From Planctomycetota bacterium (GTDB taxonomy: Bacteria > Planctomycetota > UBA8742 > UBA2392), in assembly GCA_027493625.1 (NCBI GenBank), contig JAOSKM010000001.1:2068657-2132656 (forward strand): a DNA stretch of 64,000 nt. Reading direction: 5' to 3'. Position 1 is the stretch's first letter; every line of letters starts with the position of its first letter. Positions 45,741-56,914 of this stretch are shown here, one piece after another. The position numbers and the translations under genes were made by a program. The notes beneath the pieces are model-generated. The model was not told where the DNA came from, did not search any database, and saw only the letters and a list, made by a program, of their open reading frames with translations.

Positions 45741-45888
45741 GCATCGGTTCCTTCCGTTGCAGACTGATCCGGCGCTGCCTTCGCTGCACCGATAGGAGTG
45801 AGCCCACGTCACCTTAGATGGCAATCTCTGTTATGAGAAGGCGGAATGTCTCGCTACCGATGCCCAAGCCGAATGCGCAAAGTCGCCG

Positions 45889-48092
<2,204 letters not shown>

Positions 48093-48192
48093 CCATAGCG
48101 GGGGGTGCCGGGGACAGGCGTTATGGTACCCTGCCGCGCGGCCGTTGCCAACGCATGCGGGATTCAGACGTTACACCGATCGGGAAACGACT

Positions 48193-48762
48193 ATGCGCCT
48201 GTTGTCGATCATCATAACCGCCTTCCTGCTGGCCGGCTGCGTGACGCAGACCGTGGACGACCGCGGCAACCCGGTTAAGCCCGCCGAGCTCGAGAAAGAC
48301 CTGGTGATCGACGACGCCGGGCGCATCATCGCGCGGCCGACGCACATCTACCCGCCGGACCGCATCGTGGTGAACGGCGACACGCCCACCGAGCGCGAGA
48401 TCAGGCTGCTGGGTGTAGAGGGCCTGCCGGAGAAAGAAGCCCCCACCACCTTCCGCATGAGCCAGGAGTGGCTGCACGACTACGTGGCCCAGCAGGATGA
48501 GATTTACGTGAAGCCTTCCAAGGATTCCGACATCAAGAGCGATGTCATTTACGGCATCGTGTACCTGCGCGCCGTGGACGAAGAGACCGGCCGCGAAATC
48601 CCCGGCGGCTACGTGAACGTCAACATGGCGATGCTGAGCCAGGGCCTGGTGCGCATCCGCGACCTGCGCGAGATCCCGGACCCGGACCTGCGCGACCGCA
48701 TGCAGCAGGCCCAGGACATGGCCAAGCGCGAAAAGCGCGGCCTGTGGTCCAAGCAGCCGTAG
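48193..48762 (+). CDS. Staphylococcal-nuclease-like (SNase/thermonuclease fold) lipoprotein
   Basis: Lipobox MRLLSIIITAFLLAGC. EIRLLGVEGLPE..., YGIVYL, NMAMLSQGLVRIRD, AQDMAKREKRGLWS. Confidence 0.75.
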   Translation: MRLLSIIITAFLLAGCVTQTVDDRGNPVKPAELEKDLVIDDAGRIIARPTHIYPPDRIVVNGDTPTEREIRLLGVEGLPEKEAPTTFRMSQEWLHDYVAQQDEIYVKPSKDSDIKSDVIYGIVYLRAVDEETGREIPGGYVNVNMAMLSQGLVRIRDLREIPDPDLRDRMQQAQDMAKREKRGLWSKQP

Positions 48763-48789
48763 CCGCATCGCCCGCTTCCCCGGCGCTTT

Positions 48790-49344
48790 TCAGGCGCAGG
48801 CGGGGCGCTCGCGTTCCGCGATCACCGCCTGCATGGCTTCAAGCCATGCGACCAGCGGCCGGCTGGACACGGCCGTACCGGCGGGCGCCGGCGCTGCCTG
48901 ATCCTGCCCCTGGCGCGCGGCGAACATGATGGGGATGCGCATTGCGCCGGGGCTGCCTGCCAGGCAGGTCAGGAACTCGGCGTATTGGTCCGGATCGATC
49001 GCCGAGGCAAACGCGACGACATCGAAGTGACAGCCGTTGAGGGCAAAGCGGGCCTCGTCGATGGACGCGACGGTCTCGACGTTAAAGCCCGCGTTTTCCA
49101 GTGCTTCCTCGAGGGCCAGGGCAATCTCGTCATCCGGCTCGACGATCAGGATGCCCTGCGTCTGCCGTTGCCGACGCCTGCGGTTGCCCGCACCCGCGTT
49201 CAGTGACAGCGCGGTTCCCGGCGCTTCCAGGGCCTCGTCGGGTGCCTGCTGATCTGAAATCTGCGGTTTCACGTTTCCCTCCACTTGCGTTGCGGGCGGA
49301 TCGCGCGGTCGGCATTTCAACCCAGCCGATGGAGCTTTCCCCAC
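48790..49344 (-). CDS. Receiver-domain-like protein (atypical; start uncertain)
   Basis: ILIVEPDDEIALALEEALENAGFNVETVASIDEARFALNGCHFDVVAFASAID...IPIMFAA resembles a CheY-like fold, but the phospho-acceptor position is not clearly conserved. Confidence 0.45.
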   Translation of the reverse strand: MGKAPSAGLKCRPRDPPATQVEGNVKPQISDQQAPDEALEAPGTALSLNAGAGNRRRRQRQTQGILIVEPDDEIALALEEALENAGFNVETVASIDEARFALNGCHFDVVAFASAIDPDQYAEFLTCLAGSPGAMRIPIMFAARQGQDQAAPAPAGTAVSSRPLVAWLEAMQAVIAERERPACA

Positions 49345-49542
49345 GGCCGATCCGCGGTGTGCCTGTCAGGAAATGTCCACGCAGGTAGCGACGGGTGCAT
49401 GTTTCGCGGAGAAATTCCGGAAAAGTCGTGGTGATGGCTGATTTCGGAAAGTTTTCTGCAACCTGGATCGAAAACGCGTACATTAATGGAAGTGCGTGCT
49501 GCTTCCCGGGCAAGGAAGCGTTGCGGCAAAAAGGGGCGAAAC

Positions 49543-49914
49543 ATGGGGTACAAGAAACTGGTGTTCGTCGCGCCGGCCTGGCGCGAGGAACTGGATGAAG
49601 AGACTGACACGCTGTACCTGCGTGCGGACCTCTCGAGCACGGGGGCCTGTGAGCTCACCGTAACGCCGGTCCCCGGGACCGATCCCTTGGAGTATGTGTA
49701 CTCCTGCAGTGTCGTGACCTGCGAGGGGACGTGCGACCTCAGGAGCCGCAAACTTCCCGACGGCACGCTCGTGTACGAATGCGTGTGTATGGAATCAGCA
49801 ACAATGAAGGCCTCAACTGCCACCAAGAGCAGTCGCGGCAAAACCGCAAAAAAACCGAAGGCGGCCGGTGGTAAAGGGAAGAAGCCGGCCGGGAAGCAGA
49901 AACGCAAGCGCTAG
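49543..49914 (+). CDS. Small Cys-rich protein with Lys-rich C-terminal tail, function unknown
   Basis: MGYKKLVFVAPAW... has six Cys (C.ELTV, YSCSVVTCEGTCD, YECVC) followed by KSSRGKTAKKPKAAGGKGKKPAGKQKRKR. It ends 35 nt upstream of the ECF sigma gene. No family recognised. Confidence 0.45.
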   Translation: MGYKKLVFVAPAWREELDEETDTLYLRADLSSTGACELTVTPVPGTDPLEYVYSCSVVTCEGTCDLRSRKLPDGTLVYECVCMESATMKASTATKSSRGKTAKKPKAAGGKGKKPAGKQKRKR

Positions 49915-49948
49915 TCGCGGTTTGTAGAGTTACCGGAAGCGCGCTAGA

Positions 49949-51435
49949 ATGCCCAGACTGCATGGGACGGGCACTGTGGGCGCTTTCGAACAGATCCTGA
50001 AGCACACGCCAGGCGCGCCTGGCACCTCGCGCGGGCGTCAACGTTTACCGCGGACGACGCGGACGACGTCATGCAGACGGCGTTCATCGTCGCCTGGCGG
50101 AGACAGAAGGATATTCCAGAGGACGTGTGGCCGTGGTTCGCCGCCGTGGTGGTGAATTGCGCGCGCAACCACCGGAAGAAAATGGCTCGCATGCGGTCCA
50201 GAGAAAGCAAGTGGCGGCCCGCGGTCACCGGCCCGGACAGGCCGATCGAGGCCGAGCTCGATGAGCTGCGGGAAGGGCTGCTGGATGCCCTGAACGAGCT
50301 GCCCGATGGCGAGCGCGAGGCCGTGATGCTGTGCCACATGGCCGGCCTGACCCAGCAGCAGGCGAGCGAGCAGCTGGGCATCGCGCATAACACGCTGAAG
50401 TCCCAGGTGAATCGCGGCCTGGAGCGCCTGCGCCGAAAGCTGGGGCCGCGGCCGCGCGGCCTGGAGGCGTACCTGGGCATCCTGGCGTTTCCGCCCCCCG
50501 CCGCGGGCTGGGAGGCGGCAGTCCAGCGCTGGCGCGACGGCGCCGTGTCGCCGCCTGTCGGGGTGCTGCACCTGGGCCAGTTCGCGCTGGCGGGCGCCGC
50601 GGCCGTCTGCGTTTCCGTCGTGGCGCTGCTGGCGGCGTTGAAGGTGCTGGACGGTGACCCTGCCCGGATTGTGGTCGCGCCGCCCGAGGCGGCGGCCGTG
50701 CTGCCGGTTCACGCCGCGGCGCCGGATGACAGCCCGGCGGCAGGCAAGGCCCTGTCCACGGACCCGGACCAGCCGGGAACGCATGCCGCTCCGCAAGACA
50801 CCGGGCAGCCCGCAGCGCCTTCTGCACCCGGCGTAGCGCCGCTGCCGCCCGAAAAGCGCGGCCGTTCCGAGATGGAGCCCCGCGGCGATATGCCGGTCGG
50901 CAGCACCCGCGTGCGCACCGACTACTACGCGAGCGGCCGGATCTACACGCAGTTCGTCGAACTGATGACCTCAAGCGGGCCGATCCTGCACGGTCCGTTC
51001 CGCATGTTCCATGAGGACGGCAAGTTGAAGGAGGCCAGCGAGTTCGTCCAGGGCGCGCGGGAGGGCATGCGGGAGACCTTCCACGAGAACGGCGCCACCG
51101 CCAGCCGGGGCGACTTCAAAGCCGGCAAGCCTCACGGCCAATGGGTTTTCTTTCACGACAACGGCATCAAGTCGGCCGAAGGCCTGATGGAGAATGGCGA
51201 TAAACACGGCCCCTGGCGGGTCTGGCACCCGAATGGGGAACTCGACTACGAAGAAACCCGCCTGCACGGCAAGCGTAACGGGGTCTCAACCTATTACGAT
51301 GAACAGGGGCGCAAGGTGCGCGAGACCACCTGGCGCGACGACGTCAGGCACGGCCCCGAAGTCGAATACGACGCGGAAGGCAACCCGCAGCCGCCAAAGA
51401 TCTACGAAAACGGCAAGCTGAAGCAGGCCGACTGA
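49949..51435 (+). pseudogene. ECF sigma-70 factor fused to a TM segment and YwqK/MORN-like repeats; N-terminus disrupted by an apparent 1-nt frameshift
   Basis: The frame from 49949 gives MPRLHGTGTVGAFEQILKHT. The frame of ORF 50071..51435 gives RRAWHLARASTFTADDADDVMQTAFIVAWRR (sigma region 2) when read upstream, with the shift near 50005-50012. Region 4 is LPDGEREAVMLCHMAGLTQQQASEQLGIAHNTLKSQVNRGLERLRRKL. The TM segment is LGQFALAGAAAVCVSVVALLAAL. C-terminal repeats follow (HGPFRMFHEDGKLKE, HGQWVFFHDNGIKS, HGPWRVWHPNGEL, NGVSTYYDEQGRK). Confidence 0.7.
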
Positions 51436-51521
51436 GCACGGCCCCGCAGGCCATCTCCAAAAACCGTGCATTCCCACCGGCAGCCTGCCAGAATGGGCGC
51501 TTCACCCAACGGAGCACGACC

Positions 51522-52835
51522 ATGGCTAAGCTGCTGCTCGCCGCCCTGTGCCTGCTTGGCGCCGGCGTCCTGTCCGCCCAGGACGAAAATTACCTCGAGG
51601 CCACCACCCAGCCGGCCGCCGGCAACGTCCAGCAGGGCGCTACCCAGCGCCATTGCCTGTCGTTCGCCATCATGCGGCTTTCCAACTTCGGCGACACCTT
51701 CCAGACCGTCACCGTGCGCAACAACGGCACGGCTCAGGCCGCCGATTTCAGCCAGCTCCAGATCTGGTTCGACGCCAACGACAGCGACACCTTCGAGCCC
51801 GCCGGCCCCGACCAGCTGGTCGCCAGCGCCGCCAGCTCGGCCTTTCCGGTCACCTTCCCGGCCTTCAACCACGGCATCGCGGCCTGGAGCGTGTTCAACT
51901 ACTTCATCTCTGTGGACGTCGCGGCAACCGCCACCGTGGGCGCCACCTTCCTGCTTGAGGTGACCGTCGCCGACGTCAGCATGCAGGTCTACCCGGTAGT
52001 GCTGTACGCCACGCTGCCGCAGGGCACCACCCAGACCGTGACCGCCGGCGCGCCCAACCAGATCGTCGTAACCACACAGCCGGCCGGCGCGCAGCCCGCC
52101 GCCGCCTTCACCACCCAGCCCGTGGTCGAGCTGCGCGACGGCAGCGGCGCCTTGCTCAGCGGCGACAATGCCACGCAGGTTACGGCCGCGATTACCACCG
52201 GCACGGGCGCGTCGGGCGCGGTGTTGGGGCCCGGCGGCTCCCTGACGGCGCAGGCCAGCGGCGGCGTGGTGAGTTTCAGCGGCCTGACGATCGACCTGCA
52301 GGGATCGGGTTACACGCTGACCTTCACGGCCACGGGTTTCACCAGCGCGACCTCAACGGCGTTCGACGTCGGCACGCCGCCCACGCCCACGCAACTGAGA
52401 ATCACCACCCCGCCGGGCGGGGCCGCGCCGGGTGTGGCGTTCACGAGCCAGCCGGTAGTGCAGATCCAGGACAGCACGGGCGCGCTGGTGACGAACGCCA
52501 GCCACTTCGTGGCGGTAAGCCTGAACGGCGGCAGCGGCGGGACGCTGGCGGGCACGCTGATCGTACAGGCGGTGAACGGGGTCGCGACGTTCACGGACCT
52601 GTCAGTGAACCAGGCAGGCACGGGCTACAGCCTGACGTTCAGCGCGGTGAACCTGACCAGCGCCACCAGCAACAGCTTCGACGTGGCAGCACCCGGAGGA
52701 GGCAGCACCAGCGGCGGCGGTGGTGGAGGAGGCGGAGGAGGCTGCAGCGCCAACACCCAAGGCAGCGCCCTGTGGCTGCTAGCCCTGCTGGCAGCCGCAG
52801 CAGCCACGTTACGCATCACCAGCCGCAGGACCTGA
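51522..52835 (+). CDS. Secreted surface protein with two Ig-like repeats and a Gly-rich/Cys/TM/Arg C-terminal sorting-signal-like tail
   Basis: Signal MAKLLLAALCLLGAGVLSAQ. Two ~100-aa repeats (FT(T/S)QPVV(E/Q)..D..GAL...V.F..L.....G.GY(T/S)LTF.A....SATS..FDV). C-terminus GGGGGGGGGCSANTQGSALWLLALLAAAAATLRITSRRT. Confidence 0.75.
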   Translation: MAKLLLAALCLLGAGVLSAQDENYLEATTQPAAGNVQQGATQRHCLSFAIMRLSNFGDTFQTVTVRNNGTAQAADFSQLQIWFDANDSDTFEPAGPDQLVASAASSAFPVTFPAFNHGIAAWSVFNYFISVDVAATATVGATFLLEVTVADVSMQVYPVVLYATLPQGTTQTVTAGAPNQIVVTTQPAGAQPAAAFTTQPVVELRDGSGALLSGDNATQVTAAITTGTGASGAVLGPGGSLTAQASGGVVSFSGLTIDLQGSGYTLTFTATGFTSATSTAFDVGTPPTPTQLRITTPPGGAAPGVAFTSQPVVQIQDSTGALVTNASHFVAVSLNGGSGGTLAGTLIVQAVNGVATFTDLSVNQAGTGYSLTFSAVNLTSATSNSFDVAAPGGGSTSGGGGGGGGGGCSANTQGSALWLLALLAAAAATLRITSRRT

Positions 52836-53083
52836 ATCAGTCAGCAGGCAAACAGTCCAAAGCGACACCTGAACCAGCCTGGAATGAAGCATCCACGAGG
52901 AGACAACAGGATAGAAGGACCACGAGCCGCTGAATTTAGGGCATCATAAAGGGCCCTGACACATGTGACTGCTGTTTCACGAATGGCGAAATGGACTCTT
53001 TTCCTCTTCTCCGTACTTCGGCACTCCGCTATTCTACGCCGCCCATGTTTTATTCAGAAGGCAACGTCTACGCGGAGCGAAAA

Positions 53084-55615
53084 ATGCGGGTTTGCGTACT
53101 GGTGGCATGTTTCATCTCGATCCTCATGGCTAGCTGTGCAGGTGAGGGGGATAGCGGAGGCGGAAGTTCGGGAGGTGGGGGCGGATCGCCGACTGGTTCT
53201 ATTTCGGGTACAATCACGCCCTTCTCAGAGTATCCGGTTGTCACCGGCTCTGAGGTAACTGACTCCACTGCTGCGAGTCCGCTGCAAGTCACTGGTCCAA
53301 AGGCTGGGGAACTTCTCTTCCTACTTGGAACTCTTTCCAGCAGTGACACCGCAGACCGCGTGACGTTCACCGAAGGCAACGCCGCGACTTACAATGTCAA
53401 GATCAGCTGGCTTGACGGAACAAACCAAGACGTGGACCTCACAGTCAGCAGATTCGATGGTGTAAGCACGACGAATCTGCTGAGCCTGAATGGCACTTCC
53501 AACCCGGAATTTGGAAACTTCGTCGTCGCCGGCGGTGCCGGAGCCACAATCATATTCGATCTCACGTTGTTCGCCGGTGCAGGCACGCAGTGGCGAATGG
53601 ACGTGACGGTGCTGAGCGGAAGCCCTCTGATGATGATGCAGCCAGGGCCTAGCTATCCAAAGAGCGAGTACGACGCTATGGAGGTTGCACTTGCGGGGTA
53701 TGAGGCTGTTCCGGACCGTTTGCTGGTAACCTTCAAAAAGAACGTCAGTCTGCAGGCCTGCTTTGACATCCTCGCCTCGGTCGGCTTTACCCCCGTTCGC
53801 ACGCTTTCCGGTGGAGCAATCGTCGCGCAGAGACTGCTTCCTAGATCGCTCGATCCGCTGCGTTCAACGAAGCCGCACCTAGTAGAGTTGGCAAATCTCT
53901 CCGCGCACCTCTCACTCCATCCCGACGTCGTAGTTGCTGAGCCCGACTTCATATGCGAGCACTCACTCACCCCGAATGACCCCCATTTCTCTGCGTACCA
54001 GTCGTGGCATTACAACGCTCTGAACCTTCCAGCAGCTTGGAACATCACAACCGGCTCCGCATCGGTGATTGTGGCTGTGATTGATACCGGCGTCGTGCTT
54101 GGACATCCGGACCTCGCTGGACGCCTCATCGGTGGCTACGACTTTATCTCCGATCCACACAACGCTCTCGACGGTAATGGAATTGACAGCAACCCGGATG
54201 ATCCGGGCGATAAGTCCGGACAAGGGTCCAGCTTTCATGGTACTCACGTGGCGGGGACCATTGGCGCCGCCTCGAACAATGGCGTTGGAGGTGCGGGTGT
54301 TGACTGGAATTGCAGAATCATGCCGCTTCGGGTGCTGGGCGCAGCTGGCGGCGCTCAAAGCGACATCGCCGAGGCTGTCCTGTATGCCGCTCGCCTAACT
54401 AACGTCAGCGGCACCTTGCCGCCTAATCGCGCACACGTGATAAACATGTCGCTTGGCGGTAAGGGCAGTACTTCCGTGTACCAGAACGCAATCACTGCAG
54501 CATACAACGCCGGCTGCACTATCATTGCCGCCGCAGGAAACGACGCCCAACAGGACAACACACCGAACTTCCCTGCGGCCTATGCCGAGGTGATCGCAGT
54601 TGGAGCGATCAACCGAAACTATGCGAGAGCCGTCTACAGCAACACCGCCAGCGGAACTACATTATGCGCACCAGGCGGCCAACAATCGTTCCCATTCTCG
54701 AATCAAGACGGCGTACTCAGCACTTGGCGAGACGACACCGCGACGCCAGCTGTTAACAAGTACCAATGGCTACAGGGTACGTCGATGGCGGCGCCACACG
54801 TGGCAGGTGTCGCAGCGCTGATGCTCGCCGTAAATGGCGCACTTACGCCATCGAACATTCGGACCATCCTGACCACGACCGCTCTTGACCTCGGTGCGTC
54901 AGGTCCCGACGCGGAGTACGGATTCGGACTCGTTAGGGCAGAAGCTGCGCTGGTGGCCGCAGGCGGAACGCTTCCCGCGAACCCGCCCACTGCGGCTGTC
55001 ACCAACAGTATCGTGCTCGTGCCTGCGGGAGCGACGACAGCGTACACCAGCGTCGTGAACGTCGGCGGAGGCACTTTAAACGTTACTAACCCCCAAGCCC
55101 TGCACTTTGGCACGGAGAACTGGTTAGGCGTGTCGCTACTGCAGAACGGCACCCAGGTCTTGGTCGTTTTGTCAATTAACCAAGCTCTCTTAGCGAACGG
55201 TAATCTGTACTACGCGCTCGCCGCAGTCTCCACAAACGACGCCAGCGCTCCTGTTGTCCTAATCGCGGTCCTTGTGAACAAACTGACACCCAAGGCCGCT
55301 ACGTATCAAATTCGGGTCCGCGCAATCAACGTAGTTACCGGTCAGGTCGATGGAGAAGTGTTCACCAGCGCGACTTCCTCATTCAATTACTCAATCCAAG
55401 GATTGAATCCGGACGACTATCTGGTAATCGGTTGGGTCGACCGGGACACAAGTGGCTCACTGACGCACGACGACTTGGTCGGCGCGTATCCGTCAATGAC
55501 CATCCCAACGCCAGTGACGGTGCTCAGTGGATCGACTACGTCGGCCGTCAACTTCCCGCTGGAGAGGCACACGGTCGGAATTACAGCAGTAGGGGCAGCT
55601 CAGGCTGTTCCATAG
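53084..55615 (+). CDS. S8 (subtilisin) family serine peptidase lipoprotein
   Basis: Lipobox MRVCVLVACFISILMASC. Asp VAVIDTGV, His HGTHVAGTIGA, Ser GTSMAAPHVAGVAAL. The ORF starts at 52991, and the M at 53084 fits the signal peptide. AT-richer than neighbouring genes. Confidence 0.9.
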   Translation: MRVCVLVACFISILMASCAGEGDSGGGSSGGGGGSPTGSISGTITPFSEYPVVTGSEVTDSTAASPLQVTGPKAGELLFLLGTLSSSDTADRVTFTEGNAATYNVKISWLDGTNQDVDLTVSRFDGVSTTNLLSLNGTSNPEFGNFVVAGGAGATIIFDLTLFAGAGTQWRMDVTVLSGSPLMMMQPGPSYPKSEYDAMEVALAGYEAVPDRLLVTFKKNVSLQACFDILASVGFTPVRTLSGGAIVAQRLLPRSLDPLRSTKPHLVELANLSAHLSLHPDVVVAEPDFICEHSLTPNDPHFSAYQSWHYNALNLPAAWNITTGSASVIVAVIDTGVVLGHPDLAGRLIGGYDFISDPHNALDGNGIDSNPDDPGDKSGQGSSFHGTHVAGTIGAASNNGVGGAGVDWNCRIMPLRVLGAAGGAQSDIAEAVLYAARLTNVSGTLPPNRAHVINMSLGGKGSTSVYQNAITAAYNAGCTIIAAAGNDAQQDNTPNFPAAYAEVIAVGAINRNYARAVYSNTASGTTLCAPGGQQSFPFSNQDGVLSTWRDDTATPAVNKYQWLQGTSMAAPHVAGVAALMLAVNGALTPSNIRTILTTTALDLGASGPDAEYGFGLVRAEAALVAAGGTLPANPPTAAVTNSIVLVPAGATTAYTSVVNVGGGTLNVTNPQALHFGTENWLGVSLLQNGTQVLVVLSINQALLANGNLYYALAAVSTNDASAPVVLIAVLVNKLTPKAATYQIRVRAINVVTGQVDGEVFTSATSSFNYSIQGLNPDDYLVIGWVDRDTSGSLTHDDLVGAYPSMTIPTPVTVLSGSTTSAVNFPLERHTVGITAVGAAQAVP

Positions 55616-55755
55616 TTCCGCGACGACGCGTTGGCGGGAACTGGAAACGACAGGTCAGGCCTTGTCGGTTGTTGAATCGGGCAAATCGATAACACTCGCT
55701 TGCTGGGGGCTTGGGAGGGGTTCCGGCCCTTGTCATCCGCGTGAGCATCCGCTCC

Positions 55756-55783
55756 GTAGGGACACGCTGCCGCGTGTCCCTAC
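55756..55783. terminator. Hairpin just downstream of the queG stop
   Basis: Perfect 12-bp stem gtagggacacgc / gcgtgtccctac with a 4-nt loop. Confidence 0.5.
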
Positions 55784-55796
55784 GCGCGTTCATGGT

Positions 55797-56912
55797 TCAC
55801 TGGCTTTGCAGCGCGTCGATGATCTGCTCTCGCAGCGCTTCGCTGGTTACGTACTTCTGGGCGCGGGCCAGCTGGCCTCTGGCCTTCGGGCCGTACTGGG
55901 TGAGGGCCCAGATTACGGCCTCCTGCACGGTTTCGTCTTCGGTCATCAGGGCCTGCTCCAGGGCGGGCAGCAGGCTTTCGTCCTTGAGGTTGCCTGCCAC
56001 TACGGCCGCGTTGCGTTTCAGGCGCGCTACGCCGGCGCGCTCGAGGGGCGTGCCTTTGAGGCGCTGTTCCAGGTGCTCGGGCTTGCCGGTGAAGATGCGC
56101 GCGAGCGTCAGGCCCGACAGCCCCTCCGGCACGTCGGGCGCGAGCGCCGGCGCCTTGCGGTTCCAGGGGCAGACCTCGTTGCAGATGTCGCAGCCGAACA
56201 GCCACTGGCCGATACCCGGGCGCAGGGCGGGCTCGATGGGCCCCTGGTGCTCGATGGTCAGGTAGCTGATGCAGCGCGAGGCATCCAGCTGGTAGGGCGC
56301 GGGGAACGCCTGCGTGGGGCAGGCCTCGAGGCAGCGGGTGCAGGTGCCGCAATGGTCGGTGACCGGCGCGTCGGGCGGCAGCTCGAGGCTTGTCACCACC
56401 AGGGCCAGCAGCGTCCAGCTTCCGCGCATGGGGTCGATCAGCATGGTGTTCTTGCCCACCCAGCCCAGGCCGGCGCGGGCGGCGTGTTCGCGCTCAAGGA
56501 ATGCGCCGGTGTCCTGGTACCACATGGCCTTGCACTCGGGGCCGCCGATGCGCTTGATTTCATCCTCGAGCTGCTTCAGTTTGCCGGCGTAGACCTCGTG
56601 GTAGTCGGCCGCGCGGGCGTAACGCGCGATGCCGGGCAGCATCGACTTGGCGGGCAGCTTGGCCGGCAGCTGGTGCGGGTAGTCGATGGTTAGCATGACG
56701 TACGAGCGCGCCCAGGCGTAGCGGTTGCGGATGTCCTTGCGCGTGGCGGCGTATTTGGCGAGCCAGTCCATGGTGCCGTGGCGGCCCTGGGCCAGCCAGG
56801 CGTCGAAGTAGTCGGCATGGGCCGTGGCCTCGGCGGCGCAGCACGCGACGTGCTGGAAGCCGAGCCGTTTGGCTGCTTTGCGGATGGCGGATTTGAGCGT
56901 GTCGTTAACCAT
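55797..56912 (-). CDS. queG: tRNA epoxyqueuosine(34) reductase
   Basis: CGTCTRCLEACPTQAF, CISYLTIEH, GCDICNEVCPWN (two 4Fe-4S motifs), N-terminal WLAQGRHGTMDWL, and a C-terminal HEAT-like tail. Confidence 0.9.
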   Translation of the reverse strand: MVNDTLKSAIRKAAKRLGFQHVACCAAEATAHADYFDAWLAQGRHGTMDWLAKYAATRKDIRNRYAWARSYVMLTIDYPHQLPAKLPAKSMLPGIARYARAADYHEVYAGKLKQLEDEIKRIGGPECKAMWYQDTGAFLEREHAARAGLGWVGKNTMLIDPMRGSWTLLALVVTSLELPPDAPVTDHCGTCTRCLEACPTQAFPAPYQLDASRCISYLTIEHQGPIEPALRPGIGQWLFGCDICNEVCPWNRKAPALAPDVPEGLSGLTLARIFTGKPEHLEQRLKGTPLERAGVARLKRNAAVVAGNLKDESLLPALEQALMTEDETVQEAVIWALTQYGPKARGQLARAQKYVTSEALREQIIDALQSQ

Positions 56913-56914
56913 GA

